DNA of 64,000 nucleotides from Aplysia californica (Eukaryota). The stretch lies in the NCBI RefSeq assembly GCF_000002075.1, contig NW_004797520.1:366072-430071 (forward strand), read 5' to 3'. The notes under the pieces were generated by a model. That model saw only the letters and a list, made by a program, of their open reading frames with translations. It did not search any database and was not told where the DNA came from. Each line of letters starts with the position of its first letter. The stretch's first letter is position 1. Below, piece after piece: positions 25,449-38,837 of the stretch. Position numbers and translations under genes: made by a program.

Positions 25449-27113
25449 CTGGGGGGAAAGACAAACGAGTCGTCCGTTAAACTGAAATCCTTTTATTAAA
25501 GAAAACGTTAAACCACAATAGAGTAAAAAGTAAAGTTGTTCCCGCATCCGATCCGGACATTGGGGATTGCCTTGTTAGTGAGACAACTTCCTGAGCCTTC
25601 GGCATATTGTGGTAGGGTGGCCAGTTCCTTTCCGCGCCACCTTTACTTCCCCAACTCGAAGTCAGGTACCCAATACTGCTGAACCGAGGCTCGAACCCGG
25701 ACTTTCCGCCACCGCATCCTCAAAAAAATAGAATATGTATACAAAATATCATATATAGAGGTTCAAGTTCTTACGTAGTAGAGAGAATTTTTGGGCAAAC
25801 TTCAAAGAGCATTATTCAGCTCCTATTGGCTAGCTTCATGGTTGTCCCTCTTGTTTATTCTACACTGAAATATAACCTATGGGTGATCCTCATGCTTTTT
25901 TAGACTATGTGGGAAGGACAGTCACCAGAAACAAAGGAAACACTACAAACTTACTAAGCAATTGACCAACCCACTTCACCAGAGCTCATGCCCGTGCTTA
26001 GACATCAGGTAAGCATACAGTACGTGATAGATTTTGCTGTCCGCAAGTCCACACCCACTATCGACCCCAAACCCAACCCCCATACCACATTTCCTCCTTT
26101 TTCAGTCACAAGATGCAGAGGTAACAGCATCACTTCTATTATGTTAATCAAGGGGCTGATGTTCTTGAAAATAGGCAGTGTCGTTTGGAGCAAAAAGTAG
26201 AGGGAGGGAGCGTCTTCTCTTTTGCTTTCTCTTTCCCACCCGTACACATCTCAAACTGGGTTCTTAGGAGGATTTAAATTTTCAGAACAGGTTCTTAGGC
26301 AGGTAAATTGAGGAAAACATTTTATTACACTGTACAAGTTTTAGGCACACAGGGTTCTTACACAGATTGCTCTCATTGGCAGAGCATAAACAGGAGCACA
26401 CTGCATTATATAGCCACATTAACAGAACCACTCACTTATGACTGTTTGATAAGCTCCCTTTCTTTCATAAACATGGACCAAAAACCTTCCTTTTCAGCCA
26501 CTTTCAAGAGGATATAAAATAATTATCCAGCACAAACAATATATATATTTCAGTTATTCAAACAAAGCTTCTGATCCAAAGTACAAATAAATAGAAATAA
26601 TACCCCCCCCCAAAAAAAAAAAACAACCCAACAACAACCCCCCAACAAAAACAACAACAAACAAACAAAACAAAACAAAACCCCCAACCTAACTATTCCA
26701 AAACAGCTATGATGATCCTTCCCCAAAAATGCACATAACACCTGAAGAGTCTTCAAACATTTAAGAACTGTAATCACTTAAACACTTGCTTGTGATGCAA
26801 TAAACACATCAACAAAGATATAATAAAACCAATAATATGTGTTTCTTAATATAGTAGAAAACAAAAGGTCAAATAAAAATGATCACATTGAGCTAAAACA
26901 ATAAATGCATAAACAATAGTAATTGGAGAGCAGGATAAAAAAGTAATGTGTGTCTGGTCTTAAAATCTGGAGAGCAATAAAAAAAAGAAGAAAGCTAATG
27001 GTTCCAACACAAACCTATTCAAAAAGATCAACAGGGCTACAAGAATCTTTGAAAAGCAACAGGAGCCAGTTCTCAAGAAAAGAAATTCTTTCAGAGTATT
27101 TCAAACTACTCAC

Positions 27114-27179
27114 AAGTTCATATATGTGATTGGCCAATTGAACCTTTTCATCTGTGTCTTCTAGTGCTTTGTAATATTC
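27114..27179 (-). CDS. ING3: ING3 exon 4
   Basis: EYYKALEDTDEKVQLANHIYEL; phase 0 to 0. Confidence 0.96.
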
Positions 27180-27782
27180 CTGTAAAATAAAAATAAAATA
27201 ATTTAAAAAATGGAGTCTAGTCATGGAATAATTACATAAAATGTTCACAATATAACAATACTGGATACACCAACAAAAAATTATTTCTAATATAAAAATG
27301 TCAGAAGTGAAAACTTTTTTGAGCTGCAAGCAATATATTTAATTAAGTTTGACAACTTCAACTGCAGTGGCGTACGCGAAAACCGAAATTTATGGGACTG
27401 ATGGATTTTCTTCAGTTTAGCCGAGTTTCCATATTTAGAGCAGGGGTGGGCAAAGAGTTGCTTAAAAAAATTTAGATATGTCGGTGCATCCCATTGCGAA
27501 AGTCTGAAGTGGATTTTAACCCTAATTTCTTCTGCACCCCATTATGTGGGTGCAACTCGTGTGTGAAAGAGGATATGGATGCGGTCAGCATCACCACTCT
27601 TTTCATACCCTGCTATTTCTAACATCATTTTCTCGTCTCAAAAGCCGAACACCTTAACCTCCTGGCAACGAGAGCCCCCAGTGAATATAAAATATATTTT
27701 ACAGTTTATGTTGTCCAAAAGCAATCTCTTCTATATCAAAATCACATGGCCACTCACTCAGGGTCATCAGCAAGACACTCAC

Positions 27783-27889
27783 CTCTTTGATTTTCTTGAA
27801 CTGTTCTTCTTTCCATTCTTTTTTACAATTGGCTTGCAGGCATTTTTTGAAAAATGCTTTTACATTTTCATCCAGAGTATCCAAAGTGT
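27783..27889 (-). CDS. ING3: ING3 exon 3
   Basis: NTLDTLDENVKAFFKKCLQANCKKEWKEEQFKKIKE; phase 1 to 0. Confidence 0.94.
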
Positions 27890-28419
27890 CTGATTTGAAG
27901 AGAGAAAGTACACATCAGTAAGCAAACTGAGCAATCTGCGAGGTAAGGATTATCTGTGAGTCAGAATGAGTGAAGATAGCTGTCTGCAAGCTGAAAACAC
28001 TTTGACTAATAAATTAATACACGATATATAAGGAGAATATGAAATTTTTGATACCTTAAAATACAGTTCAGATTATCCGGGATGGTCGCCCAGTGTTGAG
28101 TAGACAAGTAGTTGTCTAAGATTAAGACAGGTGTAATTTGCCTTGGACAGTGTCACGGCCATTATAAAATATAGTATAGAGAAAAAACACAGGCGGGGGG
28201 CGAGAAGTATAGAGGTAATTACTGGTGGCTTGTTAGTTTCATTAGAGCAGATTCAACTGTATGATTTTGATTTATACTCTTACACAAAGATTTTACATTA
28301 TACTTAAATTTTTTTAAAAGAGAATGTTGAGATTGACTTTGAGGAATTTAGGCATGCACTTTAATTTGACAGTATGAATGAATGTAACTGAAACCTTGAG
28401 AATGTGGTAAAACTCTTAC

Positions 28420-28491
28420 TTGAAACTTGTAAATCCATTTCTCTCATTTCTGTCAGCTTTTCCCTCATTTCCATAGGCAGGTTCTCTACAA
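28420..28491 (-). CDS. ING3: ING3 exon 2
   Basis: LVENLPMEMREKLTEMREMDLQVS; phase 1 to 1. Confidence 0.95.
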
Positions 28492-30627
28492 CTGAAATTG
28501 CACACAAACATAAACAACAGTCAAAGTAGAGGTCACAAATGATACACAGGAAGACATGACAAAACGAAAGGGGGCTCGCTGGTCAAATTCCACAAAATGA
28601 GACCCAATTTATTTGTAAAATATTGAAACTGAGTTTGAAACATTTTTTAAAGTTGAATCATTCTAGTTTACAAATATGTTATAAAGTTGAAAAACACTCA
28701 GAAAAGAGCCTTAAGTGATTCCTTACACTGCATGCAGCGTGTTAACTAACCATTGTCAATTTTACTTTATCTGCATTTTTCTCAAAACTCATATTATCCT
28801 GTCATTTTATGTTTTTCTTCCATCATTTTTTAATGCTAAAAGATAAAGCCTTCAAATCTGGCACATCATTAGTTTAGCTATGTCCATAAATAACTGGTTA
28901 CTCAAAGCTTTGTTATTTGGCCTATTTTTAATTTTTATGGCCTCTTGTTCAAAGTAGGTTGCGTTTCACTAAAAAAAATGTTAAATTTTACTTTTTCAAT
29001 AGCTCTGAAAACTCCATAAAATGGATGAAATAGCCAAGTAGCCAGCTATTAGTGACTATATTTAAACATACAAGTTAAGAATTTAAAAAATAAGACGAAA
29101 TAAAGAAAAGGTGGAGAAAAGAAAAATGTATTCATTTTTTTGTTTAAAAAACAAAATGACAAAATGGCAGGCGTTTCCATGGTTACAAGCGAGTCTAAAC
29201 ACATACTTTATGGTTCTGAATATTTCCACCCATATTAATTATTATTATACTGATTGATTTTTAAAATAGTTGTAGGTAAGAAAATGTTGGTTATATTTGT
29301 CGAGCCCCCTTAATTTCTTCCTGGAATCATTGCTACTACTTATGTCAATACTAGCAGGATTAAAAGATTTCATTGTAACATTTTATTTTTCCATCCTTAT
29401 GCAGACACACTGCTTTAGGGAGCTGGTTGCCATTAATTTTTATTTTTTGCTGGAGAACACACATGATATGGCCACTAGAACTGATGCAATCAATTGCTTT
29501 AACTTTAAAGAAATTATCAAACATAACAGCATGAGTAAAACATCACTTTTATGATTAAATATGGTGAAATACGGGGGAGGGGGGATGTATGCCCGCCAGA
29601 CCNNNNNNNNNNNNNNNNNNNNNNNNNNNNNNNNNNNNNNNNNNNNNNNNNNNNNNNNNNNNNNNNNNNNNNNNNNNNNNNNNNNNNNNNNNNNNNNNNN
29701 NNNNNNNNNNNNNNNNNNNNNNNNNNNNNNNNNNNNNNNNNNNNNNNNNNNNNNNNNNNNNNNNNNNNNNNNNNNNNNNNNNNNNNNNNNNNNNNNNNNN
29801 NNNNNNNNNNNNNNNNNNNNNNNNNNNNNNNNNNNNNNNNNNNNNNNNNNNNNNNNNNNNNNNNNNNNNNNNNNNNNNNNNNNNNNNNNNNNNNNNNNNN
29901 NNNNNNNNNNNNNNNNNNNNNNNNNNNNNNNNNNNNNNNNNNNNNNNNNNNNNNNNNNNNNNNNNNNNNNNNNNNNNNNNNNNNNNNNNNNNNNNNNNNN
30001 NNNNNNNNNNNNNNNNNNNNNNNNNNNNNNNNNNNNNNNNNNNNNNNNNNNNNNNNNNNNNNNNNNNNNNNNNNNNNNNNNNNNNNNNNNNNNNNNNNNN
30101 NNNNNNNNNNNNNNNNNNNNNNNNNNNNNNNNNNNNNNNNNNNNNNNNNNNNNNNNNNNNNNNNNNNNNNNNNNNNNNNNNNNNNNNNNNNNNNNNNNNN
30201 NNNNNNNNNNNGTTGTTGTGGGATTTAAATAAGGTTGCAGCAGAATAGTAGCAGAGAATTATCAGAATAACTTTAACTTTATATTTTAATATGTTGTAAA
30301 ATCATTGTTTTTTAAAGTGGAATGTGCTGAAGCCTATATATGCAGCACAGGTTGGAGAACTACGGATAAAATAGAACTCCAGTTATTACAAAATAGAAGC
30401 GACTACGGTTGATCTCTAAACCATAACAGGTTACGAAAGAAAGTGAAAGTAGAGAGACGGTAAACAATGCGGAAAGTAGAAAATGAAAGTACGGTTGTTT
30501 CGTTTATTTCCGGTACTCTGTGCAGTGCAATAATTTGGCCTAAATGGTACATCTTGCCAACCATTTCTACACCCCATACAACATAAAGTGATATTTCACT
30601 TTTAAAAACAGTGGCAGTCCCACTTAC

Positions 30628-30655
30628 GCTCTAAATAATCCTCGAGATACAGCAT
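30628..30655 (-). CDS. ING3: ING3 exon 1 (start codon)
   Basis: MLYLEDYLE followed by a GTAAGT donor; diagnostic ING3 N-terminus. Confidence 0.95.
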
Positions 30656-31343
30656 TTTTCGGCAAATGTACACACTTCCGCCACAACCACACAAAGCGTA
30701 GCTGCCATTAGACACTGTCAATTTTGATTGGCTGATCGTCTTTTATAGCAAACGTACTGGATTCTTGTCGCTGTTTTACATCGCATTGATATTATTCTGG
30801 AATATTCTCACAAATTCGATATCTTAAGTAATCTTGGCACTATAATTAAGTATTTGACTAATATAAAATGACCAGTAAAATTTAAAGTAGATCACGCCGC
30901 GTCAACGGAAATTGATTTAGATATTAATATATTTCTTTATAGAATGCGATACAAAATTCAGGTATTTTCTATTTGAACTTCGACCTTTAGCCTGAGCTTT
31001 ATTGATTGAAAAACTTGACACGTGTATAGTTTTCTTTAAATAAAAACGGTAACAATATTCTTTTGAAATGTGTCAGTACACAATGTAGAATAGTTTTTTA
31101 AGCATAAAGATTATAAATAATAATATTATGTTAGAATTAATATTTTCTACAAACCCAATGACCCCACAACCTTGACCTAGATTTCAAGTTCAGAGGTCCT
31201 TCTGGCCTGGTAGAAAATTTGCACTGGTGATAAAAACGACAACGCAACCGAAGAGTGCCTTATCTGGGTTCCGCAACCCGCAGAGATCGCACTGCTGGCA
31301 GAACAAGACCCGTGAATAATCAGCTGAGAGCACCAAAAGCACC
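30656..31343. promoter_or_regulatory. Putative bidirectional promoter and 5' UTRs of ING3 and AMT
   Basis: Divergent ATGs with 688 bp between them; ETS-like CACTTCCGCC (~30673) and inverted CCAAT box GATTGGCT (~30726). Confidence 0.65.
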
Positions 31344-31412
31344 ATGTGTATCACAAATCGAACACTTCTGCAGCTGTACAGAAATGCTTTCTCTAGGACA
31401 TTTTCAAGCCAG
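31344..31412 (+). CDS. AMT: AMT exon 1 (putative mitochondrial transit peptide)
   Basis: MCITNRTLLQLYRNAFSRTFSSQ, R/S/T-rich with no acidic residues; in-frame upstream TAA; CAG|GTAATG donor in phase with exon 2. Confidence 0.85.
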
Positions 31413-31744
31413 GTAATGTTTTCTTGAATAGCTTTTAAAGGGAAAAAAAACAACAACTTTAGTTACAAAAAAGTAGTATAAGCCATTTTATATGATAATT
31501 AATTAGCTTTTTTTGTTGTAGGAGTATAGGAGTTTAGCCAAGGGGCCTAGGAGTGGCTGGAAAGATGAGTGAACAAGTCGTGTTGATGCCATGCTAGCGG
31601 CAGTTTCATTGCAACATCTTATATCTAAATTATCATTTTGTCAATGAAGGAGGTGCTCCATCATTAGGCCTATTTATAATACTATTATATTTTATTAGGC
31701 CACCTCTATTCTCACCCGGAGTGAGAATAGTGCAGGCGAGTCTT

Positions 31745-32193
31745 GTGGCTATTCTCACCCGGTGCGCGTTCACCGAATTTTGCGTTCACCCTTAACCACA
31801 GAATTCTACACTGTGATAACAGAAAAATTGTAGAATTCTGTGCCATGAACAAACGTTCCATTACAATTGTAGCCTACTAAAAGCGTACAATTTTGTCTGT
31901 GGGCAGTGGAGAGAGAGAGAGAAAGAGAGAGAGGAGTAGCGCGAGAATTTCCGGGCAAAACAAAATGGCGACCCGCATAGTATAGTTCGGCTCGATTCAA
32001 AAAGTTAAATAGCCGTAGCATCTTTGTAGACAACCAAATTTATTTACTTTTGTGTTTTAACATCATTTTTTAACTTTGTTTTGGTCAATTTGATCGTCCA
32101 CACCGATAGACAGTATTCAGAAAGAGACGGAGAGAGAGAGAAGAGGGGAGGAGTTGATCTTGCGAGAACTTCCGGGCGGGTGAGAATAGCCAC
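31745..32193. mobile_element. Probable MITE in AMT intron 1
   Basis: 16-bp perfect inverted ends GTGGCTATTCTCACCC / GGGTGAGAATAGCCAC, with an internal direct repeat (GA)n..GCGAGAA.TTCCGGGC. Confidence 0.65.
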
Positions 32194-32777
32194 TTTCATT
32201 TTATTAAGTGCTTCTGCTTTTAGCTTGAAAGCTCAGAAATTGTTGGTTTTAGTTTTTATTTTATTTTATGGAAATCACAGGGGCAGAAAATGAGAGATGT
32301 TTTAAGGTGGTCTTTGTTGTTCTTGAAGCATTTATAAATGACGATAGCCTATAAGCTCGCTTACTTAATTTTTTACTGAACGCAACTATATATAACACCA
32401 AAGCTGTTATAATATTTTTGAGCTATGTATTGCGCGACCATCCTCAACGTAGTAGACGGCTATAAAGCTTGTTCACTTTCATCAGTCCACATTAAGAAAA
32501 TTCTAGCTGATGTATTAATTATTGTAATTTACCTCTATGCCCTTGAAACTTTGCATATATCACTACAGCAGGCCAGAGACGAAACAAAATTTAAAAAAAA
32601 AAAGTTTTTCTCTTTGGGCCCTATGTTAAAAACTTCTCTTTGGGTGAATACACAGGATCACTAAAATAAATTACTTGACTTACGGTAAATACTAGCCTGC
32701 CACCATATTTCAGTGCTAACAAATTTCATCCCCTGACTGGATAGCGTACGTTAACATTAAAGTAAAGTGTGGTGTGA

Positions 32778-33185
32778 GGGGGCTCTCATGGCCTAGAAGT
32801 TAAAGTGTTATATATTCACCCCTCATTCAATATGTCCCGGGTTCAATTCGGATAACGACGGACAATTTCCTTCTTTAAAATGTTCTCCTTTCACATCTTT
32901 TCTTGCTCTCTAGCAAAACACGTTCTATCGTCTACTTTCGTCTCCGCTTATATAATTCTGCCCCCACCCCCTCACATCCTTTGCCCTCTCTTCTTGGCTC
33001 CTGACTCTTTTTTGCTGTCTTTCTACTGCTACTCCTTGGCTCCTTTCTTTCTGCTGTCTTTCAGCCACACACCTGATCTAATGGTAGGAAAGATCTACTT
33101 AGGACTTCCTCTTCTCGGGCAAGGACGAAAAATCTCGGAGGTCCTGTGTGTGCAAGTTGCGCATGTTAAAGATCCTTTGGTGGTC
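32778..33185 (+). mobile_element. tRNA-derived SINE; related head on the minus strand at ~61218-61288
   Basis: Head GGGCTCT..TGGCCTAGA.GTTAA.GTGTT..CACC.CTCATTCAA..GTCC.GGGTTC is shared by both loci. Confidence 0.65.
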
Positions 33186-33414
33186 CAAAATTAGCCACAT
33201 ATGGGCAAAATTCAAAATTTCCTACCAACTGAAAATGTTTAATGTGCCCTGTACGCTAAATGTAAGTAAATGTGTTAATTTTTGTTAGAGGTTGGTCATT
33301 AAATCAAAATGAGTTTTTTTTAAAAAACCATGCTCTACGTAATTTCTCTACAGTTTTATAAGATCAGTAATAGAATTCTTCTCATATATTTTCATGTGTT
33401 TTTAACTCTTTCAG

Positions 33415-33548
33415 GTTGAAAGCCTCAAAAGAACATGCCTGTATGACTTTCATCTTTCTCAAGGAGCAAAAATGGTTCCCTTTGCAGGATGGGAAATGCC
33501 TGTACAGTATAAATCAGGAATATCTGAGGAACATCTTCAAGTGAGAAA
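33415..33548 (+). CDS. AMT: AMT exon 2
   Basis: [41 protein letters not shown] (GCV-T N-terminus); phase 0 to 2. Confidence 0.95.
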
Positions 33549-34109
33549 GTACGCCCGCCATTATATCGTGTCAATTTGTTGTTTTACTGTAAGATTCTAC
33601 TGGTGAATAGTCTTCAAATCTAGAGAAAGTGGTGAAATTCTGGCATTTTATATTTGTGTAGAAAATGTAGTTTCACGCAGCCCTTTATGTCCTGTCGCTA
33701 TATTAAGTGTATTGTTTCAGTCATCTATTTCTGTGGATTTTAACGTTATTCTCCGCTCTGTAACGTATGCTTTAACTCCTGTCGGCCAGAACGATACGCT
33801 GTGTGTCGTTTTGGTTTACCTCCTTTTTCCAAAACAATATAGTATGTCGTTTTCACCTGCCCAAATTAAACACACATTTCTGTCCGGTCCTCCAAATCCA
33901 TGCATGTTTATAACATTGGTCACGTTTGAAGTAGACATGGTGATACTTCTTTTCTTTGTGAGAATTTGCAACTTGAAGGCATATAATAATATATACATTT
34001 TTTTAATGGTAGCTGTTTAAGAAAATCCATGAAATCAATTCTGGCTGATAAGAGTTAAGTTTAAGAGACACAAGACCATGCAACAGAGTGCCAGAACAAC
34101 ATAGCATAG

Positions 34110-34373
34110 GGGGAACTGCTGCTTTTACTTTCCTCATCCTTACTATCGCCATTTTTCCTCTACTTCTTTTGTATGTTTGTCACTCTCTTGTGAACTGCTA
34201 TTTCCCGGGTGCCTTGATAGTCGAAGCAGACTTTGTGCTGTTGAAGCTAGAGAGGTGAGCAGAGTAAGCCTGGTTCCTCGTTTGGACTTCTCTGTTGACA
34301 TCCTCCCCTTGGCACTCATATGACCTTTTATGCAGTTGTGAGTGCCGTAAAACCTTACTAAACTAAACTAAAA
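34110..34373 (+). mobile_element. Longer relative of family A
   Basis: Shares TTTGTCACTCTCTTGT and the 3' hairpin/tail GGCACTC..GAGTGCCGTAAAACCTTACTAAACTAAAC, but has ~110 bp of extra internal sequence. Confidence 0.7.
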
Positions 34374-34697
34374 GAGTGAAGAACATCAGCCATTTCCATG
34401 CACCTGCTGCAACTGGCATTTCCTGGCATGCCTTGGCCTAGTTGGCATCATGAGAAGATACAAAGTGTAGTCCAATATAGCACCAATACCATTGCCTGTT
34501 GTGATGGAATAGTGTCTTCTATAGCGCTTTTGTCAGGACTCTGTTGATGTGTATGCTCTTTGCTCCATACTCATACTCCCTACTCCATACTCAATCTCCT
34601 TGCTCCATATTCAGTTACTGATGTGCAAGTCCGTATCTGGTGCTACACATTAATGCTTTGAAATAATGTCGCCATTTTAAATTATAAATGTGATAAA

Positions 34698-34785
34698 TTC
34701 AAGTGAAGTCTTTTTCAAATCGATAACTTCAAGTGAAGTCTCTTTTTCAAATTGATAACTTCAAGTGAAGTCTCTTTTTCAAATT
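34698..34785. repeat. Three tandem ~31-bp units TTCAAGTGAAGTC(TC)TTTTTCAAAT.GATAAC
   Basis: Direct reading. Confidence 0.85.
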
Positions 34786-34935
34786 ATTGTGAAATAACGG
34801 AGTCCTTGAATTTTGCATCCCATCTTATAAATGTGTGTTTGGAAGTGATGCTCTCTGTTTTTATTGGGCATTATGCATTCTGTCTTTTTTTAATGTGCTT
34901 GACAGTTGAGTTAATTCTCATTGGATTGTTCTCAG

Positions 34936-35036
34936 GTCTGTTGGTATTTTTGATGTCTCTCACATGCTGCAGACGAGAGTGGATGGGAATGATCGAAAGA
35001 GCTATATGGAAAGCCTCGTTGTTACAGATATTGAGG
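34936..35036 (+). CDS. AMT: AMT exon 3
   Basis: KSVGIFDVSHMLQTRVDG...; phase 2 to 1. Confidence 0.96.
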
Positions 35037-35781
35037 GTATGCTCGACACCTATATGTGATTTATCTGATTCTCAATTTTTGTTGCCATGTGCTTGTGTCT
35101 CTGGGTTTGAAATTCTTCAACAAATTTATAATCCATACATGCTGGTGACTTTGCATAGCTATTACGTTCCTTAGAATTATGCTAAAAAAGGAGATTGAAG
35201 AATAAAGGTTTCTAAATCCTGTGCTACTGATTTTATGGTGCTCTTTTTGATTCTATCAGTTTTTGAGTTGAATGGTACAATGCATTGTTTCGAGAAGACT
35301 TTTGTACAGTGTTTCCAAGCCATCCATAAGACTTATCTCTATAACTGAATTTTTAGTAGGCCTACATATTTTGCTCCCTTGATGACAAGAAAAAGGGAAC
35401 ACTCCTTTTCACCTTTCCAATAATTACAAACCGGAAAATAATGACTGATTAAGGTAGTTGTATTATAGCTTTGAGGATATATACTAAGAACTCTACAGTA
35501 AATCATGAATGCTGTTAAGTTACGGCGACAGATCCAATAAAAGGAAAGGGGTTTTTACCTTTGTGTTGATAAGATAAAAATCTCACCCCCCCCCCCCTCC
35601 CGAATCCCAATACCCCCCCCCCCTTCCCTCCATGGGCTGCTGACTTGTTTATTTATTTAGTCACTGTGTCCTTTTTTTGGGTCAGTACATGCGTTCAACC
35701 AATGACATGATGTTAAGTTAGGCCAACAGGTTGCTTGACTTGTGTTACAATTTTGTTTTGTTTTTTTCTTGCTATGTGTAG

Positions 35782-35930
35782 GGTTAAAAGACAACCAGGG
35801 CACGCTGACAGTGTTCACCAATGAGCAAGGAGGAATACTGGATGATTTGATCGTGAACAACATCGATGATGGCCATCTGTACGTCGTCTCAAACGCAGGA
35901 TGTTCCGACCAAGACTTTGCCCTCATGAAG
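35782..35930 (+). CDS. AMT: AMT exon 4
   Basis: [19 protein letters not shown]...LYVVSNAGC; phase 1 to 0. Confidence 0.96.
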
Positions 35931-36355
35931 GTTTGTGGTTTTTCTTTTTAAGATATTTTATTAGTATTCTGTGTTAACAGTTTTCAGGCTGAATGCTTTT
36001 TTTTGTTAAGCAGAATTTGAATCAAATACTTGTGCGTTTGTCTTTGTAGTGTAATTATGCATTTTTTAAACCTTTGTTGAAAGGTTGTAGAGCTGATTTC
36101 ATTATTGTGGCAATTAATATCTGCATATGTATGCTTACTGGCATCAGAGTAAATCTACAACTGCCCTTTGCCTTTTCTGGTCGTTTATCTTGACAAGAGG
36201 CCTATCAGTACAACACATGCAGGCAAGTGTTGGTGATAAATGCTGATGAAAAAATGTAAAACAAATTTTAATGAAAGACTTTAGCATTGATTGTTTTAAT
36301 ATTGATATTATTATTATGTTGTTAGATAGCTGAACTCTTTTGCTATTTCACACAT

Positions 36356-37051
36356 TCACGGATTCATACAAATATCTTGGCCTTACAATAGACAACAAAT
36401 TTACATGGCAAAACCACGTAAACAATATCGTTAAAAAGGTAAATCAGAGGCTGTACTTTCTGAGGAAACTAAAGTCTTTCAATCTGAATCCATCCATCCT
36501 TCAGATTTTCTACACCACCACAATAGAAACTTTGATAAATTTTGGAATCACTTGCTATGGTAGCAATCTGGGAAGGCAGCACATTATAAAACTAAATAAG
36601 TTGATAAAAAAGGCATCAAGAACAATTGGTAGAGACCTAAGTAACTTTGAATCTGCACAAGACAAACGTTCTAAAAAAAGGCGGAAATAATGCTTAGTGA
36701 CCATAGCCACCCACTGACATCGGAATTTCAACTATCGACCCGCAGTAAACGATACATTTCCAAAAAAGCAAGAACAGACAGATATAGAAATTCATTCGTA
36801 CCAATTGCAGTGAGGTTACTGAACACACAGTGCTACAAATGAAACAGAGAGAGAGAGAATGAATGTGTTACGGAGCGGGTTGTCCCAGCCCATGAGACAT
36901 GTATTTACTTGGCATAATGTCCTGTCTTGGTGTGCGTTTGCGTGAGTTCACCTTTAAGTCTAACTTTTGTAACGTCTACTGCCATTGTTAACGACCAAGA
37001 CAAATTTCTCCCTGCGAGATGAATAAAGATTGTCATTGTCATTGTCATTGT
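36356..37051 (+). mobile_element. 5'-truncated L2/CR1-group LINE (RT C-terminus plus 3' UTR); second 3' remnant at ~44250-44580
   Basis: YKYLGLTIDNKFTWQNHV..KVNQRLYFLRKLKSF, frameshifted continuation ..DHSHPL..RTDRYRNSFVPIAVRLLN, then AATAAA and a (CATTGT)n tail. Confidence 0.9.
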
Positions 37052-37099
37052 ATAGGACATATTCTTATTTCTATAATTTGTTTTGTTTTGTTTTTGCAG

Positions 37100-37178
37100 G
37101 CCAGAGAATCAGAATTTCAAGCTGCTGGTCGGGATGTGAAGTTGTCTCCCATTGACAATGCTTTGATTGCCGTGCAAG
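37100..37178 (+). CDS. AMT: AMT exon 5
   Basis: ARESEFQAAGRDVKLSPIDNALIAVQG; phase 0 to 1. Confidence 0.94.
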
Positions 37179-37319
37179 GTCAAGTTATTATTTTTTTTTC
37201 CCCCTTGTGTTCATGTATAGGAAGTGTAATGTCATGAGTCAAGGACCTAGCCAAGGGGTAAAGGACTATGGTAAAAGCCAGTTTCGACCCCCCAAGTGTT
37301 AAAATAGATTAAAAGTTAA

Positions 37320-37621
37320 CCCTTCCAGCCCCATGCGTGTATATTTTCAGCAGCGCTTGTACCTCCCTCCGTCCCAAGAGCGTATATTCTCAGTTTCGGG
37401 GGGTACCAAATTTGCACATAAAAAAAAATTAGCGAACCTATTTAAACTTTAATTTTCGTAATATTATTTGTTCATGTACCTTTAAATAATGTTTTTTTGT
37501 TATTATCTAAACCTCATTACAAAGATACTCCATCACTTTTTAGAATGTTTGCCTCTTTTTCTGAAATACTGCTGTATTGGCTGGGACTGGGAATGCACAA
37601 AAGTGACTGGGGCTGGAAGGG
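37320..37621. mobile_element. piggyBac-like MITE
   Basis: TTAA TSD on both sides and a perfect 14-bp TIR CCCTTCCAGCCCCA. Confidence 0.88.
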
Positions 37622-38185
37622 TTAAAAGCCTGTTTCACGAATTATGTCATGGCGCCCTATAGAGAGTGTGCACTAGGTCAAGTCAGTTCCAAATAGAGGA
37701 GGGGAGGGGGAGTATATTTTCACCAGGATTTTATGGTACCGTGATGAATGAAAGTTTAAAAGTTCTTGTGTGTAAACAATAACCTGGGGATGGGGTAGAG
37801 CTGCAATTTTGTTTTATCATCACTTGGAACGTTCATGCAGGTGAATAGCGAGGTCTTCGGTATAGTCTGCTTCTCATACCTGATGTTTTCAGTGTTGCTA
37901 TTGTCCTAACTTTCTTCCCATGAAAAGTGGTCTTTGTTTTTATTTAAACATTTCAGCAATATGGAAAGTTATAACATGATAGGCCTACTGTAAACTATCT
38001 TAAGGTCCTTAGTTTTTAAAGATTACCTTGATAAAGCCACTTTATGTTTTACATGTTGAATTTGGAGCAAGTTTGGGTTTTGTTATGACTTTTATGTCCT
38101 GAGGATTATGAAATGTTCAGTTGTGTCTTTGAACATCATTTAAGCATTAAGTTATTTAGATTAGTTTTTGCACTTCTCAAATAAC

Positions 38186-38364
38186 CTGTCTCCGTCGTTT
38201 TATTCAAGGAAAATTCTGAAATTATGCATACTGAGCCCAAAAATGTGAAATTATGCGATTTTGTTAATTTTAACAAAGAAAGATAAAGGAAAATAATCAG
38301 AAATTATGCTAAAAAGGATCAAACTTTGCTAAATTATGCGGGATGCATAAAACCACGGGGACAG
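38186..38364. mobile_element. MITE family B
   Basis: TIRs and 6-bp TSD AATAAC. Confidence 0.9.
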
Positions 38365-38526
38365 AATAACTGTTCCCAAACCAAATGCCACCATAGTTAC
38401 TCACATATATTTGTTTTAACTTCTATCTTTAAAAAAGTTAGTTGTGTTAAAGTACCACTTATTAAATATTTGGATCTTAACTATTACCACAGGATAATGA
38501 GAAATTGTTTGGGTTTTTTTTCTTAG

Positions 38527-38672
38527 GTCCAGAAGTTATTTCAGTGTTGCAGCCAGGCGTAGACTTTGATCTGACAACTCTGCCATTCATGACCACGACG
38601 TCAGCGACTGTGTTTGGGGTGAAGGGTTGCCGGGTAACCAGATGTGGCTACACGGGAGAAGATGGAGTGGAG
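38527..38672 (+). CDS. AMT: AMT exon 6
   Basis: ..[15 protein letters not shown] (GCV-T signature); phase 1 to 0. Confidence 0.97.
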
Positions 38673-38802
38673 GTAACTGTGCTTCATTTTGTGCCTTTCC
38701 TGTTCTCATACTTCTGAACGTCAATACCTGCTGATATTTTGTGAGATTTGTGGGATTTAGGACTAACAGCTTTGTATTTTTTTTTTATGTGCTGAAGAGG
38801 AA

Positions 38803-38837
<35 letters not shown>

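Noticed and set aside
29551-30248. Long ORFs made of X residues (also around 8.4, 14.4 and 17.5 kb)
   Set aside because: Artefacts of N gaps.
33541-33546. Alternative AMT exon 2 donor CAA|GTGAGA
   Set aside because: Phase 0 is incompatible with exon 3; the donor at 33548/33549 restores HLQVRKSVGIFDVSHM.
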